A DNA stretch of 64,000 nucleotides, taken from NCBI GenBank assembly GCA_907165135.1, contig OU015566.1, positions 9,362,001 to 9,426,000 on the forward strand. Reading direction: 5' to 3'. A model generated the notes under the pieces. It had not been told where the DNA came from, made no database searches, and saw only the letters and a list, made by a program, of their open reading frames with translations. Shown one piece after another: positions 13,270 to 24,196 of the stretch; the first letter of the stretch is position 1; the number at the start of each line of letters is the position of its first letter. The position numbers and the translations under genes were made by a program. The stretch is from Oikopleura dioica. Its lineage: Eukaryota > Animalia > Chordata.

Positions 13270-15274
13270 ATGACCAGCGAAGGAGTAAATCAGCAAATCG
13301 CCATGCACGGATATCAACACCAACCGGTCGTCCCACAACCACCTCAAGTCGCAAGTCAAGCTCGACCGCAAGCCCCGAATAATGTGCTCAATAATAATCT
13401 CATTCAGGAAGGTGCCTCAAAACAAAGGCAAACATATTATTTTTTCAAATCAAAAGCGTCCATTTTCAAGCGCCTTGACAGCAAGCACCACAAAACCCTC
13501 CAGTACCTGTAAATCTTCAAAAGGTGCACGCCGGCATCCAAAACCTCCCACAAGATGTGAAAGCGCGCGAAAACGCACATCAAAACACGGTGCAGAATTT
13601 TGCCCTAGGAAATGCTCTCGAACCAGCGGCGAAAGTGATGGAGCAAGTTGAGAGATTAGGCAACCGGGTTCAAAAAAGGGATTTGTTTCGAGTGGCGATT
13701 TAAACACCGCGCGTGCATTTCTAAGTAGAATTGAGGCGCAAAAGGCAGTTTTTTAAATATTATTACTTCGTTGATCATATCAATTTTTAAAACCCGCTAA
13801 TAGTGGCCCAAGAAGTCCACGATACTGTGGGCGCGATAGAAAACGCAGCGGGAGCTGTAAACAACGCGGTTCATAACGTTATCAACGTTGGCAAGCAGAT
13901 AGAAGAAAATATCAACCTAAATTTCCAGCCTGAAGAACTCCTTCCTGAACCGCAAGATCGCCCAAGTCTCGATATCGCGGCACTCATCGCTTCCGCTAAT
14001 CGAATCAGCGTTGAAACGATTTTCCAGGATCAACAAGCTGAGCTTGCTAAGTATCCCACTTCACACTTGAAGGTACTTTTACAGTTTTGTTCATACAATA
14101 ACTGTCAACCTAAGGCATCGGCTTTCTATACCTACGAGCCAGCTAAATGGAATTGGCAAAGCATGAACTTCAAGACGCGCACGCCCAATGCTAAATTCAT
14201 CTTCCACAACAAACTGCCCAAATCCGGCTCGTCGACGATGAACCAGCTCTTGCGCCAACTATCGAAAAAGAACAACTTCAACTTCGCCAAAGTCGAACCA
14301 TCTCAGATCCCCAATGATAGGTTTGACTTGGAAAAACCGCTCGTCAAGTTTGTTCAAGAAACCAAAAAAGTAAATTGAAACGTTTTCGCTTTATTTTAAA
14401 ATTGATCTTATTTTAGGAGCCATTTTTCTTGTTGAAGCACCACTTCTGGTTCAACTTTACACGACATGGGCTTAGGCAGCCGACATATGTCAACGTTATC
14501 AGAGACCCGGTGGATTGGTACACCTCGCAGTACTATTTTCGCAGATTTGGATGGGTCCAGCAGACGACCACCAGGGACTCGTTTGCGGGGACACAGGCTG
14601 ATAGAGATAGAGTACGTAAAAGTTTATTAGACAGGTGTTATTCCCCAGCCTGGTGAATAACGAGTATTTTAGACTATCGACCAGTGTATTCAACAAGGCC
14701 TGATGGAGTGTACAAAACCAAGCTACAAGTACATACAGTATCTCTGCGGCAATCATCCGCACTGCCGAACCGTCGAGTAAGAAGCTCAATTTTGACGAAT
14801 AAACAAATAAACAACCATAATTATAGCGTTTCGGAGGAGTTGAAAGAGAAAGCCGCGAATTTGGCCAAGATCAACGTCTTGCGGAATTTCTACGCAGTCG
14901 GCATTTTAGAGCAATTTGTCGACACGCTAAAAACATTTGAGATCATCCTGCCCAATTACTATTCGGGCGTACTTGACATTTGGAATTCCAGCAGTAAGTG
15001 ATCGCTCCATAATTTGGAAGCCTAGAAACAACGCATTAGTGAAGCCACTAATTTAGAGGACCCAAATTTAAAAAAAAATTATTTTTCAGTGATGCAAGAA
15101 AAACGCAACAAAACAAAGACGCTCAATCGCAAAGAACTGTCTTCCCACAGCCGCGAGTTTCTGATGAAGGGGCCGCTGAAGTGGGAGACCGACTTGTATA
15201 TTTTCGTTCGCGCTCTCTTCAACGAGCGGTTGCGGCGGTACGAGATTGTCCCGACCGGCGTCCAGATCACGTGA
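13270..15274 (+). CDS. Heparan-sulfate 2-O / uronyl 2-sulfotransferase-like (Sulfotransfer_2 family), spliced
   Basis: 5'-PSB motif FHNKLPKSGSST and 3'-PB motif YVNVIRDPVDWYTSQYYF. Later exons (..FYAVGILEQF..LKTFEIILPNYY) are joined by GT-AG introns. 5' end unresolved. Confidence 0.85.
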
Positions 15275-15806
15275 TGAGTATTTCGCGAATACATTCCAGA
15301 AGATACAACAATCACTACTATTTATATTTTAATAATTTATACCAAAAGACACAACTGAAAATTCAATTCAACACAAAAACTGCTGAGCACAAATATTTTT
15401 GAATATTTATATATAATTCTATTCTCTTCACAGCAACTGTAACACAATGAAAATGGCACAGACAAGTGCCGCCTGTATACAAGTACAATTTTTAAATTTT
15501 ATTCCAAATAAAAAAAAGAAACTACAGTTACAGTCTCTCCCTCTCTCTGGGCTCGGCAAACTGTGTACAAAACTAGGTTACAGTAAGATCACCTGCAGAT
15601 TTTTCCGGAAGGGAGAGACCATGGTCTAAGTTACACAAACTCGTGCCACCTGAAAAGTCTTCTGACACGTGTTTATTACAGTAGGATAGAAGACAGGAAG
15701 GAAAATACGGTCTGCCACGACAAATCAAGTTTTAATTATCGAGCATAAAAACGTGGCGGGTAGAATATTTCGTCAGAAGAAAAGTTTTTAAAGAAAAAAA
15801 TAAAAA

Positions 15807-16106
15807 ATGCCTTTGATCAGAGATCGACGAATTTCCAACTTTCAGTCGTTTCTTGATAGAGATTTCGAGGTAATGAACTTGTTTTCGCGCTAATTCAATA
15901 AAAATAAGATGATGCTGAGCATGAGAAGATCAGTTACCGACGTTCACCGCCGGGCAAACTCAATTTACTCGAGTGTTCGACCACTAAAGATGGAATACCA
16001 CAGGGCAACAACAAATGTCGAGTATTTGCGCGAAAGAAGCATCGAAAGCCGCAAAAAACTAGAAGACTATCTTTTGCGACCTGATATTCGCCGCTTGAAA
16101 GTTTAA
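15807..16106 (+). CDS. Small unknown 86-aa protein (2 exons)
   Basis: Exon 1 (15807-15869, MPLIRDRRISNFQSFLDRDFE), a 39-nt GT-AG intron, then the ORF 15909-16106 in the same phase. Confidence 0.5.
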
Positions 16107-16266
16107 TTCCATGCCCCTTGTTTTGACTTATTTTGCCAATAAAAACTCAATTAGCAGAATAAATTCCGATAGTATCGTTAAAATCATCAAGTTTCTGCGT
16201 TGAAATTTATTGTTTCATATAAAATAATTTTCTGTAAAAATCATTGTGGCAGAGGAAGAGTCTAAG

Positions 16267-17212
16267 TCAGTATTTTGGAATAGCCGCGCCTTCAGGGTCA
16301 AGATTGAGATCAGCAAGTTCGATGAAGACCTTCATCGGCTTCTGAAGCCCTTCGGAAACAGCGTTCATCATGTCGTCGCCGATTCGTTTTCGGGATTTCC
16401 AGAGCTTTGCCAATTTCACATTGCTGAATTTCTCAGTTCGGGATTGAAATTAATAAAAAACGTACTTTTTCACGGAGTTTTCCAATTCATCAGCATTCAT
16501 GGTCGCTCCAGCTTCTTTCAGCTGCTCAAGCTGAGTTCGAAGTGCTTGAATCGACTCCTTCTTTTCTTTGATTTTCAGCTTTAGTTCTGCAGAAGACACT
16601 TTTGTTGTGTATTTTCGAAGTTCGGCGTCCAAATCTTTTGCTTCTTTTCGTTTTTCCTTCAATAAAATATTTTCTAATGGGAAATTTATTTCGAATGATA
16701 CCTTGACAACGAGTCGAAGTTGATCATTTTCAACTTTTAGCTGGTTGAAGCCTTCTTCATCGACTGTTTCGAATTGCGCCTGATTTGAAAAACTGGTTAT
16801 CGGCCGGTAATTAGGTTCAAATTAAACCTGATTGACGACGTAAATTGGAGTCTTTCCATAGACTTTTTCGACCAAAAGCCCGTCTTTGGCAAGTTTTTCC
16901 AGAGTAGTTTGAATTCCGGCTTTTGGCATTCGTTTCGCATGGTTGAGAAAAATGTCGTTGTGGGAATATGGGCGGTTGGCTTCTTTCATGTAATGATAGA
17001 TGGTTCCCTCCCAATGTTCTTCTGTTACGGGGTTCGAATTTGAACGAATTTTCAAAGAGAAAATACAATAATCGAACCCTCCCTGGAATCTTTTCCATTC
17101 CCGGTTTCACAGCTTTTTTCGCGCCTGCTTTCGCGGTCTTGCTAGTAGTCTTAGTTGTTTTGGCAGCTTTGGCCGACTTGGTCGACTTTGCAGGCTTTTT
17201 CTCTTTTGCCAT
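16267..17212 (-). CDS. PSMC3IP: Meiotic recombination protein HOP2 (TBPIP) with Lys/Ala-rich N-terminal extension
   Basis: TIYHYMKEANRPYSHNDIFLN...LEKLAKDGLLVEKVYGKTPIYVVNQ is the HOP2 winged-helix signature. A coiled coil follows, then the C-terminal LWKSRKRIGDDMMNAVSEG motif. Introns are ~42-70 nt. Confidence 0.85.
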
Positions 17213-17249
17213 GGCTCCTTTTTCAAAAATAATGAATCTCAAGACTAAC

Positions 17250-17816
17250 TAGAGATTGCACTTTCAAACGCTCTTTTATACCAAGCCGGGGCCTTTTTCG
17301 GCACGAAATTTGCCCGACTTGGGTAAAGCAGTGCTCGAGCAAAGACTCCGCTCGAAAACTTTCATTTTCGGAGCTGACTCTTGAAGTCCTTGTTGATTTT
17401 AACAAAAAAAAATAGATGATTTTATTCAAACAAGTAAAGACGGCTGGTGTGGGACTGATAATGAAAAATATTCTTATGCTGGATTCAAACAATTATCTGT
17501 CTTTGAATTGGCCGTGGAAATGAACTCGGGGAAATGAATAAAAGAAGATTGTGACGAGCTGTTTTATTCATCTGTCATTGTGACAGTTGCCCACGCTCGC
17601 ACTTCTTTCCAGACGAGTAGTTCCAAAGAAATCATCGCGCGGAATTTCTACCTTTTCAGGGGCAAGAGAAATCTGATCAGAAAAAGAATCGGTTCTGAGT
17701 TTATTTTCGGATATTTCAGTCAAGTTTGAGATGAAATGACCTACTAGGGTAGTGGGGTGGGTCCCCTGCTGATTGACCACCCTAAGTTTAGTTATCAGCT
17801 GAACAGGGATGCGCAT
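17250..17816 (-). CDS. Possible unknown spliced gene directly upstream of HOP2
   Basis: Short open frames (17568-17816, 17223-17492) separated by AT-rich intron-like stretches. No recognisable motif. Confidence 0.25.
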
Positions 17817-18141
17817 TTCCTTTTATCTTCAATTTCACGCTTCGCAAAAACAGAGAGATTTCAAGCTTTTTTTTTGAGATTCCAAGGCAAGCAATTATCC
17901 TGGCATCGATAATCTTTTTTTTTGAGTTTTTTGAGGATGATCGCAAATTTGCCCGACGGTGATGTCAAAAATGATGATGAATTCACTACGGTTGATTATC
18001 TACCGTCGAATTTTAGACTCTGTGAAGTTCATTACTGAGTAAGCAAGAGTCGTAAAAAAGAGAAAATTTTATGCGACGTTTCCAAAATGTTCTTTTGTAC
18101 GCCCATTTTATTTCATAATTTTATTTCATATTCAAATTTAC

Positions 18142-18296
18142 GGGGTTTCCTTACATGGTACAAATCCTTACATGGTACATTTCCTTACATGGTACAAAAT
18201 CCTTACATGGTACAAAAATCAAATTGTACCATGTAAGGAATTGTACCAGGTAAGGATTTGTACCATGTAAGGATCTGTACCATGTAAGGAAACCCC
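18142..18296. mobile_element. 155-bp foldback MITE built from 4+4 tandem copies of tccttacatggtaca
   Basis: Near-perfect palindrome ggggtttcc...ggaaacccc, flanked by the direct repeat aaatttac (8 bp, or caaatttacg, 10 bp, if the TIR starts at ggg). Confidence 0.9.
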
Positions 18297-18612
18297 AAAT
18301 TTACGAATGAGAAAGATTCCGCCCGTGAATCATAGAGATAATTCGATTTTGGACGGAGTTTGCCACTTCTGTATCGATTTCGAAGTTCCCAAGAGATAAA
18401 AATAGCTTTTTATGCACTTCAAAAACATAAAAATAGCGTCAGAGATTGTCACCTAAAGAACGAACCAGGGGTTAGACCAGGGATGGCCCGGGGCGCATCA
18501 TGGGGGCGCTGTTACTACTCCCTATATTGGCGGAACCGATTCCTGCCAGTTCAGATCAAAACTCTTCCAGAGTCATAAACAAGCTTATTTTTACAGATTT
18601 TTGAGATTCAGA

Positions 18613-19125
18613 ATGTCTGCTCCAGTCACATCCCAGCCACTTGCCTACAAATCTTCCAACGGAGAGTTCAAACACGGACTCTTTAGGTAAGTAAAAATGC
18701 AACGAGAAGAGATATCATTCGATTTTAGCTGCTTCGGCGACCTCGGAACTTCATGCAAGGTCTGCTGGTGCCCCTGCCTCGTTCACAAGTCGACACAGGA
18801 AGGAATGGGCCGAGATAACGGCGGCACTTGCTTGCTCCTCTCCTGCGCTTCTTGCTTCTTCCCTGCCGTAAGTTTTCATTCTTTTCTTTCAGATTTCATA
18901 GATAACCTTTATAATTAAATCCATTCTTAGGGATGGCTGGCAATCTCATGCATTCAGCGACAGGAACTCCGGGAACGACATGGAATCGAAGGAGGCATGA
19001 TCGGGTAAGCCAAATTTTTAATCGTCCCATTATTTTCATCGTTTTTAAGTGACTTCCTCGCAGTTTTCTGCTGCCTTTGCTGCGCCATGGTCCAGCACGA
19101 TCGCGAAGTCAACCAGAACGAATAA
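18613..19125 (+). CDS. PLAC8/cornifelin family Cys-rich protein (4 exons)
   Basis: Spliced product ...FKHGLFSCFGDLGTSCKVCWCPC...QRQELRERHGIEGGMIGDFLAVFCCLCCAMVQHDREV. All introns GT-AG. Confidence 0.9.
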
Positions 19126-19612
19126 GCCGAACTACCACTGAAAGCCGATAAATATCTTCCTTTCCACATTCTCCAAGAACGATTCCTACTGCTCATTTTT
19201 CAATTTCAACCCCTGATAAAAGCATCATTTATTGTATTTGATGTTCCCAAGCAATTCGTAACAATTTATTCATGCATTCATCTCCTTCTAACTGATTGAA
19301 AACTCCAAGACAATAAAATCAATTCAAACACACAATCGTTAATTATCACATCAAAATGCAGTATATTGTTGTTTTCTCATCAAAAGATAGTATCGAAGGA
19401 AGAATTTTTATCCGGAAAGCCATAGTTCGTTCAAGTCTCGTAATCCTTCGACAGTACAGTCGTCCAATGTAAAGTCAATTCTCAGCTGAAGTGCCCTTCA
19501 CGCTTGTAAGGATCCATTCTTTTCCGCTATCCATCAGCAAACTCACAGAAGGTCTAAAAGAGAGAAAATGTAGAGTTTACTCGGAAAGGTTTTGGTATAA
19601 AGTAAGTTTTAG

Positions 19613-20480
19613 GTGCAAATGCTGGCGGTTCATCTTCATTGCTTTGAATTTTCTTGTCTTTTTGGCCGGTTTACTTGTTTCTGTTGCTTCAATTTGGCTT
19701 CTTGTTTCTCCTGATGGCCTAAGGTAAATTTGCAGGAGCTGAAATTTGTGATTTTTCAATAGTGACTTTGTTGATACACTTTCAAATGAGACGTCAGAGG
19801 GAGTTCAAGAAGGACTTGATGATATCATAACAAGAATGAAAGGAAAAGTTAACGAGGAAAATTTTCAGTCAAAGTGATGAAATTTTATGATAACTCTGCG
19901 GAAGGCGCGACGTATATTTTCCTTGCGCTTGGAATTCTACTTGCTGCGATCTCTTTTCTTGGATTCATTGGATCAATTAAAAGAAACAGATGCATGCTCA
20001 ATTGTTTTTCTATTATCATGTTCTTAATTTGCGCTGTTGAAATTGTCGTCATGGTTGTAATGACTGTTTTCTTCCCGAAATTTGAAGAATTGATGATTGA
20101 AAGGTTCAATAATTATACGCCGGTAAGCGCTTATGCTAAAGAAAATAAGCTCAAATTAAAGGATAGGAAACAGAAGAGGGGCTTGTCGTTGACCAGATGC
20201 AACAGCTTTTCCAGTGCTGTGGTTGGAATAACGACTCAGACTTTGGAGCCAACGGTCCGCCGCTTTCTTGTCTCAACCCTGCTCTCGATCCTCCAGTGAA
20301 TTTTGAAAATGGATGCAAGGTAATTTTAGAAAATCAACTAACGGCTTATTGTTTTCCAAGGAATACATATTAGACGGAACAGCTATTATTTGGGGAGTCG
20401 TAGTAGCACTTGTTATAATTGAAGTGATTTCGATTACCTCAGCCTGTGTTTTCAAGAACCAAAATAAACAGCTTGCATAG
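19613..20480 (+). CDS. Tetraspanin (first exon not resolved)
   Basis: Four TM segments (FIFIALNFLVFLAGLL.., YIFLALGILLAAISFLGFIGSIKRNRCML.., ..) and a large loop with QQLFQCCGW (CCG motif), PLSC and NGC. Stop at 20480. Confidence 0.9.
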
Positions 20481-20674
20481 TTTTCATTCTGTTAAATAAA
20501 GGCTGATATACATTTTGAATTTTTTATTCGATTTTGTGTTTTTGAAGGAAGGAATTGGCGTAGAAATCGGATGAAGTAAGTCATAATGACTTAGTTGAAA
20601 AGTGGCATGATGAAGGCATTACTGGCAGATAAATTATGAAAAAAATGAAACGATCAGTAAAAATAGCGAAAAGT

Positions 20675-21610
20675 CTAGTTGTTGATGGTCTCGTCGATGA
20701 GTTCTCGAGTGCCATCGGGATTGACACGGAAAGTTCGGTAAACAGTTTGGACAACAGGCTCAGGTTGCTCGATAACGACTGGGCGGGTGACTTTGACGGG
20801 CTCGGGAACGTAGGCGGGCTCGCAACTGGTCTTGCCTTGGTTCATCATCATGAAGAAAAGAAGAGTCTCGTTATCGCTGTCGTCATCCATAAGGAGAAGA
20901 GGGAGCATCATGTCGGTGCCGAAAGCGGAGCCAGGAGCTTGAGATTGCATGGCCATCATAAGGACTAGGAGATCAATGCTGGTGGAGTTGTCGCTATCAT
21001 CGCCCATAAGAAGGAAGGGGAGGAGCATGTTGAAGTTGTTGTCGAATCCTTGCTGGGTGTTCATGCCACCAGTCATGGAGCTGAGCATGACCATGAGAAG
21101 AACAGAGTCAATTCCGTCAGCGTCGTCGTCCATCATGAGCATCATTGGGAGCATAGAGTCCATGCCGACTGGGGAATCGCCCATAGTCTGCATCATGAGC
21201 ATGAGCATCAAGTTGCTGGTGGAGTTTGATGAATCATCGCCGAGAAGAAGGAGGGGGAGTATAGTAGAGAATTGGTCATCAGTCTTGACAGAGCAATCGT
21301 TCTGGAGCATTGAAGAATAAAGGAAGAAGCTTGTAAAGTCGATTCCGTCGCCGGAAGAGTCATCGTCCGAAAGAAGGAGAAGGGGCAGGATTGAATTCAT
21401 GTCCGTCATCGAGCCACCTTGCATCATCATCATCATAAGCGCCATGGAATTGTCGGAATCGCCATCTGAGTCGAGGAGGAGAAGTGGGAGGAGATTGTTC
21501 ATCTGCGAAGTCTGGCCGGGTGCAACTTGGCTCTGCTGTTGCATCATCATCATAAGGAGCATGTCATCAAGAGCGCTGGCGAAAGCGAAGAAGAGACCGA
21601 AGATCTTCAT
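20675..21610 (-). CDS. Intronless secreted Met/Leu/Asp-rich repeat protein (oikosin-like, putative house protein)
   Basis: 311-aa ORF with a signal peptide and six repeats of (L/M)LP(L/F/M)LL(L/M)-acidic DDDSDN-poly-Met. Codon-rich, uninterrupted ORF. Confidence 0.75.
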   Translation of the reverse strand: MKIFGLFFAFASALDDMLLMMMMQQQSQVAPGQTSQMNNLLPLLLLDSDGDSDNSMALMMMMMQGGSMTDMNSILPLLLLSDDDSSGDGIDFTSFFLYSSMLQNDCSVKTDDQFSTILPLLLLGDDSSNSTSNLMLMLMMQTMGDSPVGMDSMLPMMLMMDDDADGIDSVLLMVMLSSMTGGMNTQQGFDNNFNMLLPFLLMGDDSDNSTSIDLLVLMMAMQSQAPGSAFGTDMMLPLLLMDDDSDNETLLFFMMMNQGKTSCEPAYVPEPVKVTRPVVIEQPEPVVQTVYRTFRVNPDGTRELIDETINN

Positions 21611-22069
21611 TTTTTGTCAAATTCCTTGTCTCTCAAAAAACTGTTTGTTACTTTTGCTATTGAAATAGAAGAAGCTTGTGAATTGATGACTTAGTGAGAT
21701 TCAGTTGAGTATTTATTCTAGAGCTGGCCACCTAGTGAGATCCGAAAGAGGTTCTGATTTATGCTCTGATACAGTCGATAACGCATCAGGTGCACCTGCC
21801 CGTGACTTCTGACCTGATTCAAATGGAGTTTAAAGGTACTTGTTTATGACTCCGTGAAATCATCTGGAAAGATACCATCTGACGATTCTAAAATTTAGAA
21901 GCTAAAGTTTATTTTTGTCTTGAAATTAAAAAAACACATTTATTTGTGGTAAAACAAGGTAGTGATATCCATTCTCATCCAATATTTGCCCTTTGAGTCA
22001 GTTAAAAAGCCTACTTGAGTGCCCGAAAAAAACCCAGCGCTTATTTTTTTCACGGACATGACAATTTTG

Positions 22070-23300
22070 TGGATAAAATGCCGTGTCTTTCAACATTATC
22101 AGGTATTAAAGCCAAGCTCGCCTTCAGATTCAAAGTAAATAAATAGACCAAAGAAACAACAGAGAAAGTCTTCCGGTTCAGTTGGAAATATTCCCCAGAG
22201 CAAAGGTCTGAATCAAGGAATTAAATATTGTCCTCTCAAATGTCTGTATTTGACGATTCATTGATTTAGTTTGTACGATTTCGCCAAATTAGTCAAAGGT
22301 CAATGCTCGGATGAAGATTGTTTGGGATGGAAGAGTATAAACATCACGTGGATAGGAATTGATTTACAGTTCTATTATGCTACCTTCTCCTACCGCGGAA
22401 ATTAACATAACACGTATTCACGTAACATTGCTGATGTTCAGTGATGTATTGACAGTCTAGGAATCAAAATTTAATAGACGAAGAGGGTGATGCAATAACG
22501 CTACAGACAGCTGAGCAGCTGAGCCATCTAGTCTCGGAATTTATAATTTTATTTCGAACGCTCAAGATTATTTTCTAAAATCCCGACTTCAGTTGATGTA
22601 ATACAAAGACTATCAGAGGGGGGAAGTTTACATGTGATTAAAATGAACGTACATGCTGAAGCTGCAAGCTGCGAAGAAGAACTCACACCTCCGAAAGAAT
22701 GACTACTGATCCGAAAACATTTGTGACCAAGATTGCAATAAATAATTAAAGGAAAGAAAACAATTTTGACGATTGATTCAGAAAGTTCAATGTTGCGGCG
22801 ACGATTTGACAGGTTGAAAATCGAGCAGATGCTAAAGTAGGATTTTTGCGAATTAAGCAAACCGGGAGGCAGATAGAGATCTGTTGTGGTAAGTTACTAC
22901 AGTTGAACGTGTATTTTCCATTTTCTCCAGACATTTTCTCGCAATGATCAATTGGAAAAGATCTCCAGACTGAATAGGTAGATTACTTCGCTGGGAGAAT
23001 TAACTGCCAGACAAGAAGAGGTTTAACCATTGCTTAATAACCAAAGATCTCCATATAATTCCTGTCTTGGTTGAACTCGTTAAGTGCTCTTCTTTTTGTT
23101 CTGTTTTAGTAGATTAAACTGACGAAAAACGATTACGACAAAGGCAAGTAACAATTTAGAAGAAGGGGTGAAACAATCGAACCGATAATTGCGCACAGAT
23201 TTTTAAATGACTACCCTAAGTTGACCTTGAAGAAGGAAATCTATAATTTACTGACAGACAGTAATTAATATCGCGGTCTATAGGGAGAAGCAGCCAGATC
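22070..23300 (+). CDS. Possible unknown multi-exon gene
   Basis: Several short open stretches bordered by ag/gt (e.g. PKKQQRKSSGSVGNIPQSK, SSMLRRRFDRLKIEQMLK, GETIEPIIAHRFLNDYPKLTLKKEIYNLLTD). No consistent model could be built. Confidence 0.2.
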
Positions 23301-23627
23301 AGAATAAGTATTGAATCAAGACTCGTGATCATAAATAGAAATTGACAACTTGGCAGTCTCTCAGTTGAATTCAGAACGCCTATCAGATGGGCTTCATTTT
23401 TTTATAAAACTGGAGCCGAACTGTGGATAAACTGTCAATAACATAACCACAATCAACTCTGGAATTAGTTCAATCTATTCTTATGAAACTCCTGCCCGAC
23501 CAGTTTTCTCGATTAGACCCTAAATGCGCATTGATTAGCCCAAATACTTACTCTTGATCGGAAAAGCTAACATTCATGTTTTGCGCGAAACGCGGAAAAT
23601 AAATTGACATATTTTAATTGCTATTTA

Positions 23628-23946
23628 CTGTGGCATCCGCTACTAGTTGGCAGTCAAAGGCGCCCCTCCTGCCAACTAGTAGCAGTGAGCGCGCGCCGCC
23701 GGGGTCCGGGACCGTTTTCCTTTCCCAGCAGGAAATCATGCAAATATCTCGGACTTTTTTGGGTTGTTCGAGACCCAAAAACCATTCCGGAAGTGGTTCT
23801 TTTTGTAAAACTTCGAATTTGAATGGTTTGATTAGCGCAAATTCTATTTTCAGCCCCAAATTAGGGTGGCTTATCAGGCCGAAAAGCGCGCGGGGTGCCA
23901 ACTAGTAGCGGAATTTCGGACTGACAACTAGTAGCGGAAGCCATAG
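23628..23946. mobile_element. MITE, TA TSD (Tc1/mariner-like)
   Basis: ta|ctgtggcatccgctactagttg ... caactagtagcggaagccatag|ta. Extra internal copies of caactagtagc. Confidence 0.75.
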
Positions 23947-24196
23947 TACGTGCTCGTTTGGCGCGAAAATCGGAGAATTCGAGGGCACTCGCATTCACAC
24001 CGACGTTCTGCCCTGGGGCGCGAGCGATCATCAAGAGCCTTGCCGCGCAGAGCCTAGAGGGCAGCGCACAACACGAGAATAGTTTTTGCTTTTTTATTGA
24101 AATATTTTAACGTGATTACTGAAATCAGGAAGAGAAATAACTAGAGAAAACTCGTCTGGTATAAGTCTTGTTCATCATCTAAAAACCCAAATAATT

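Noticed and set aside
13405-13490. Apparent GA-AG intron in the sulfotransferase stem
   Set aside because: A canonical GT donor with the cagcaag|CA acceptor gives an in-frame product.
18142-18296. CRISPR-like repeat array
   Set aside because: Eukaryotic DNA. The units have no unique spacers and form an inverted array with a TSD, i.e. a MITE.
20636-21668. Long plus-strand ORFs opposite the Met-rich gene
   Set aside because: Antisense shadows of a low-complexity coding sequence.
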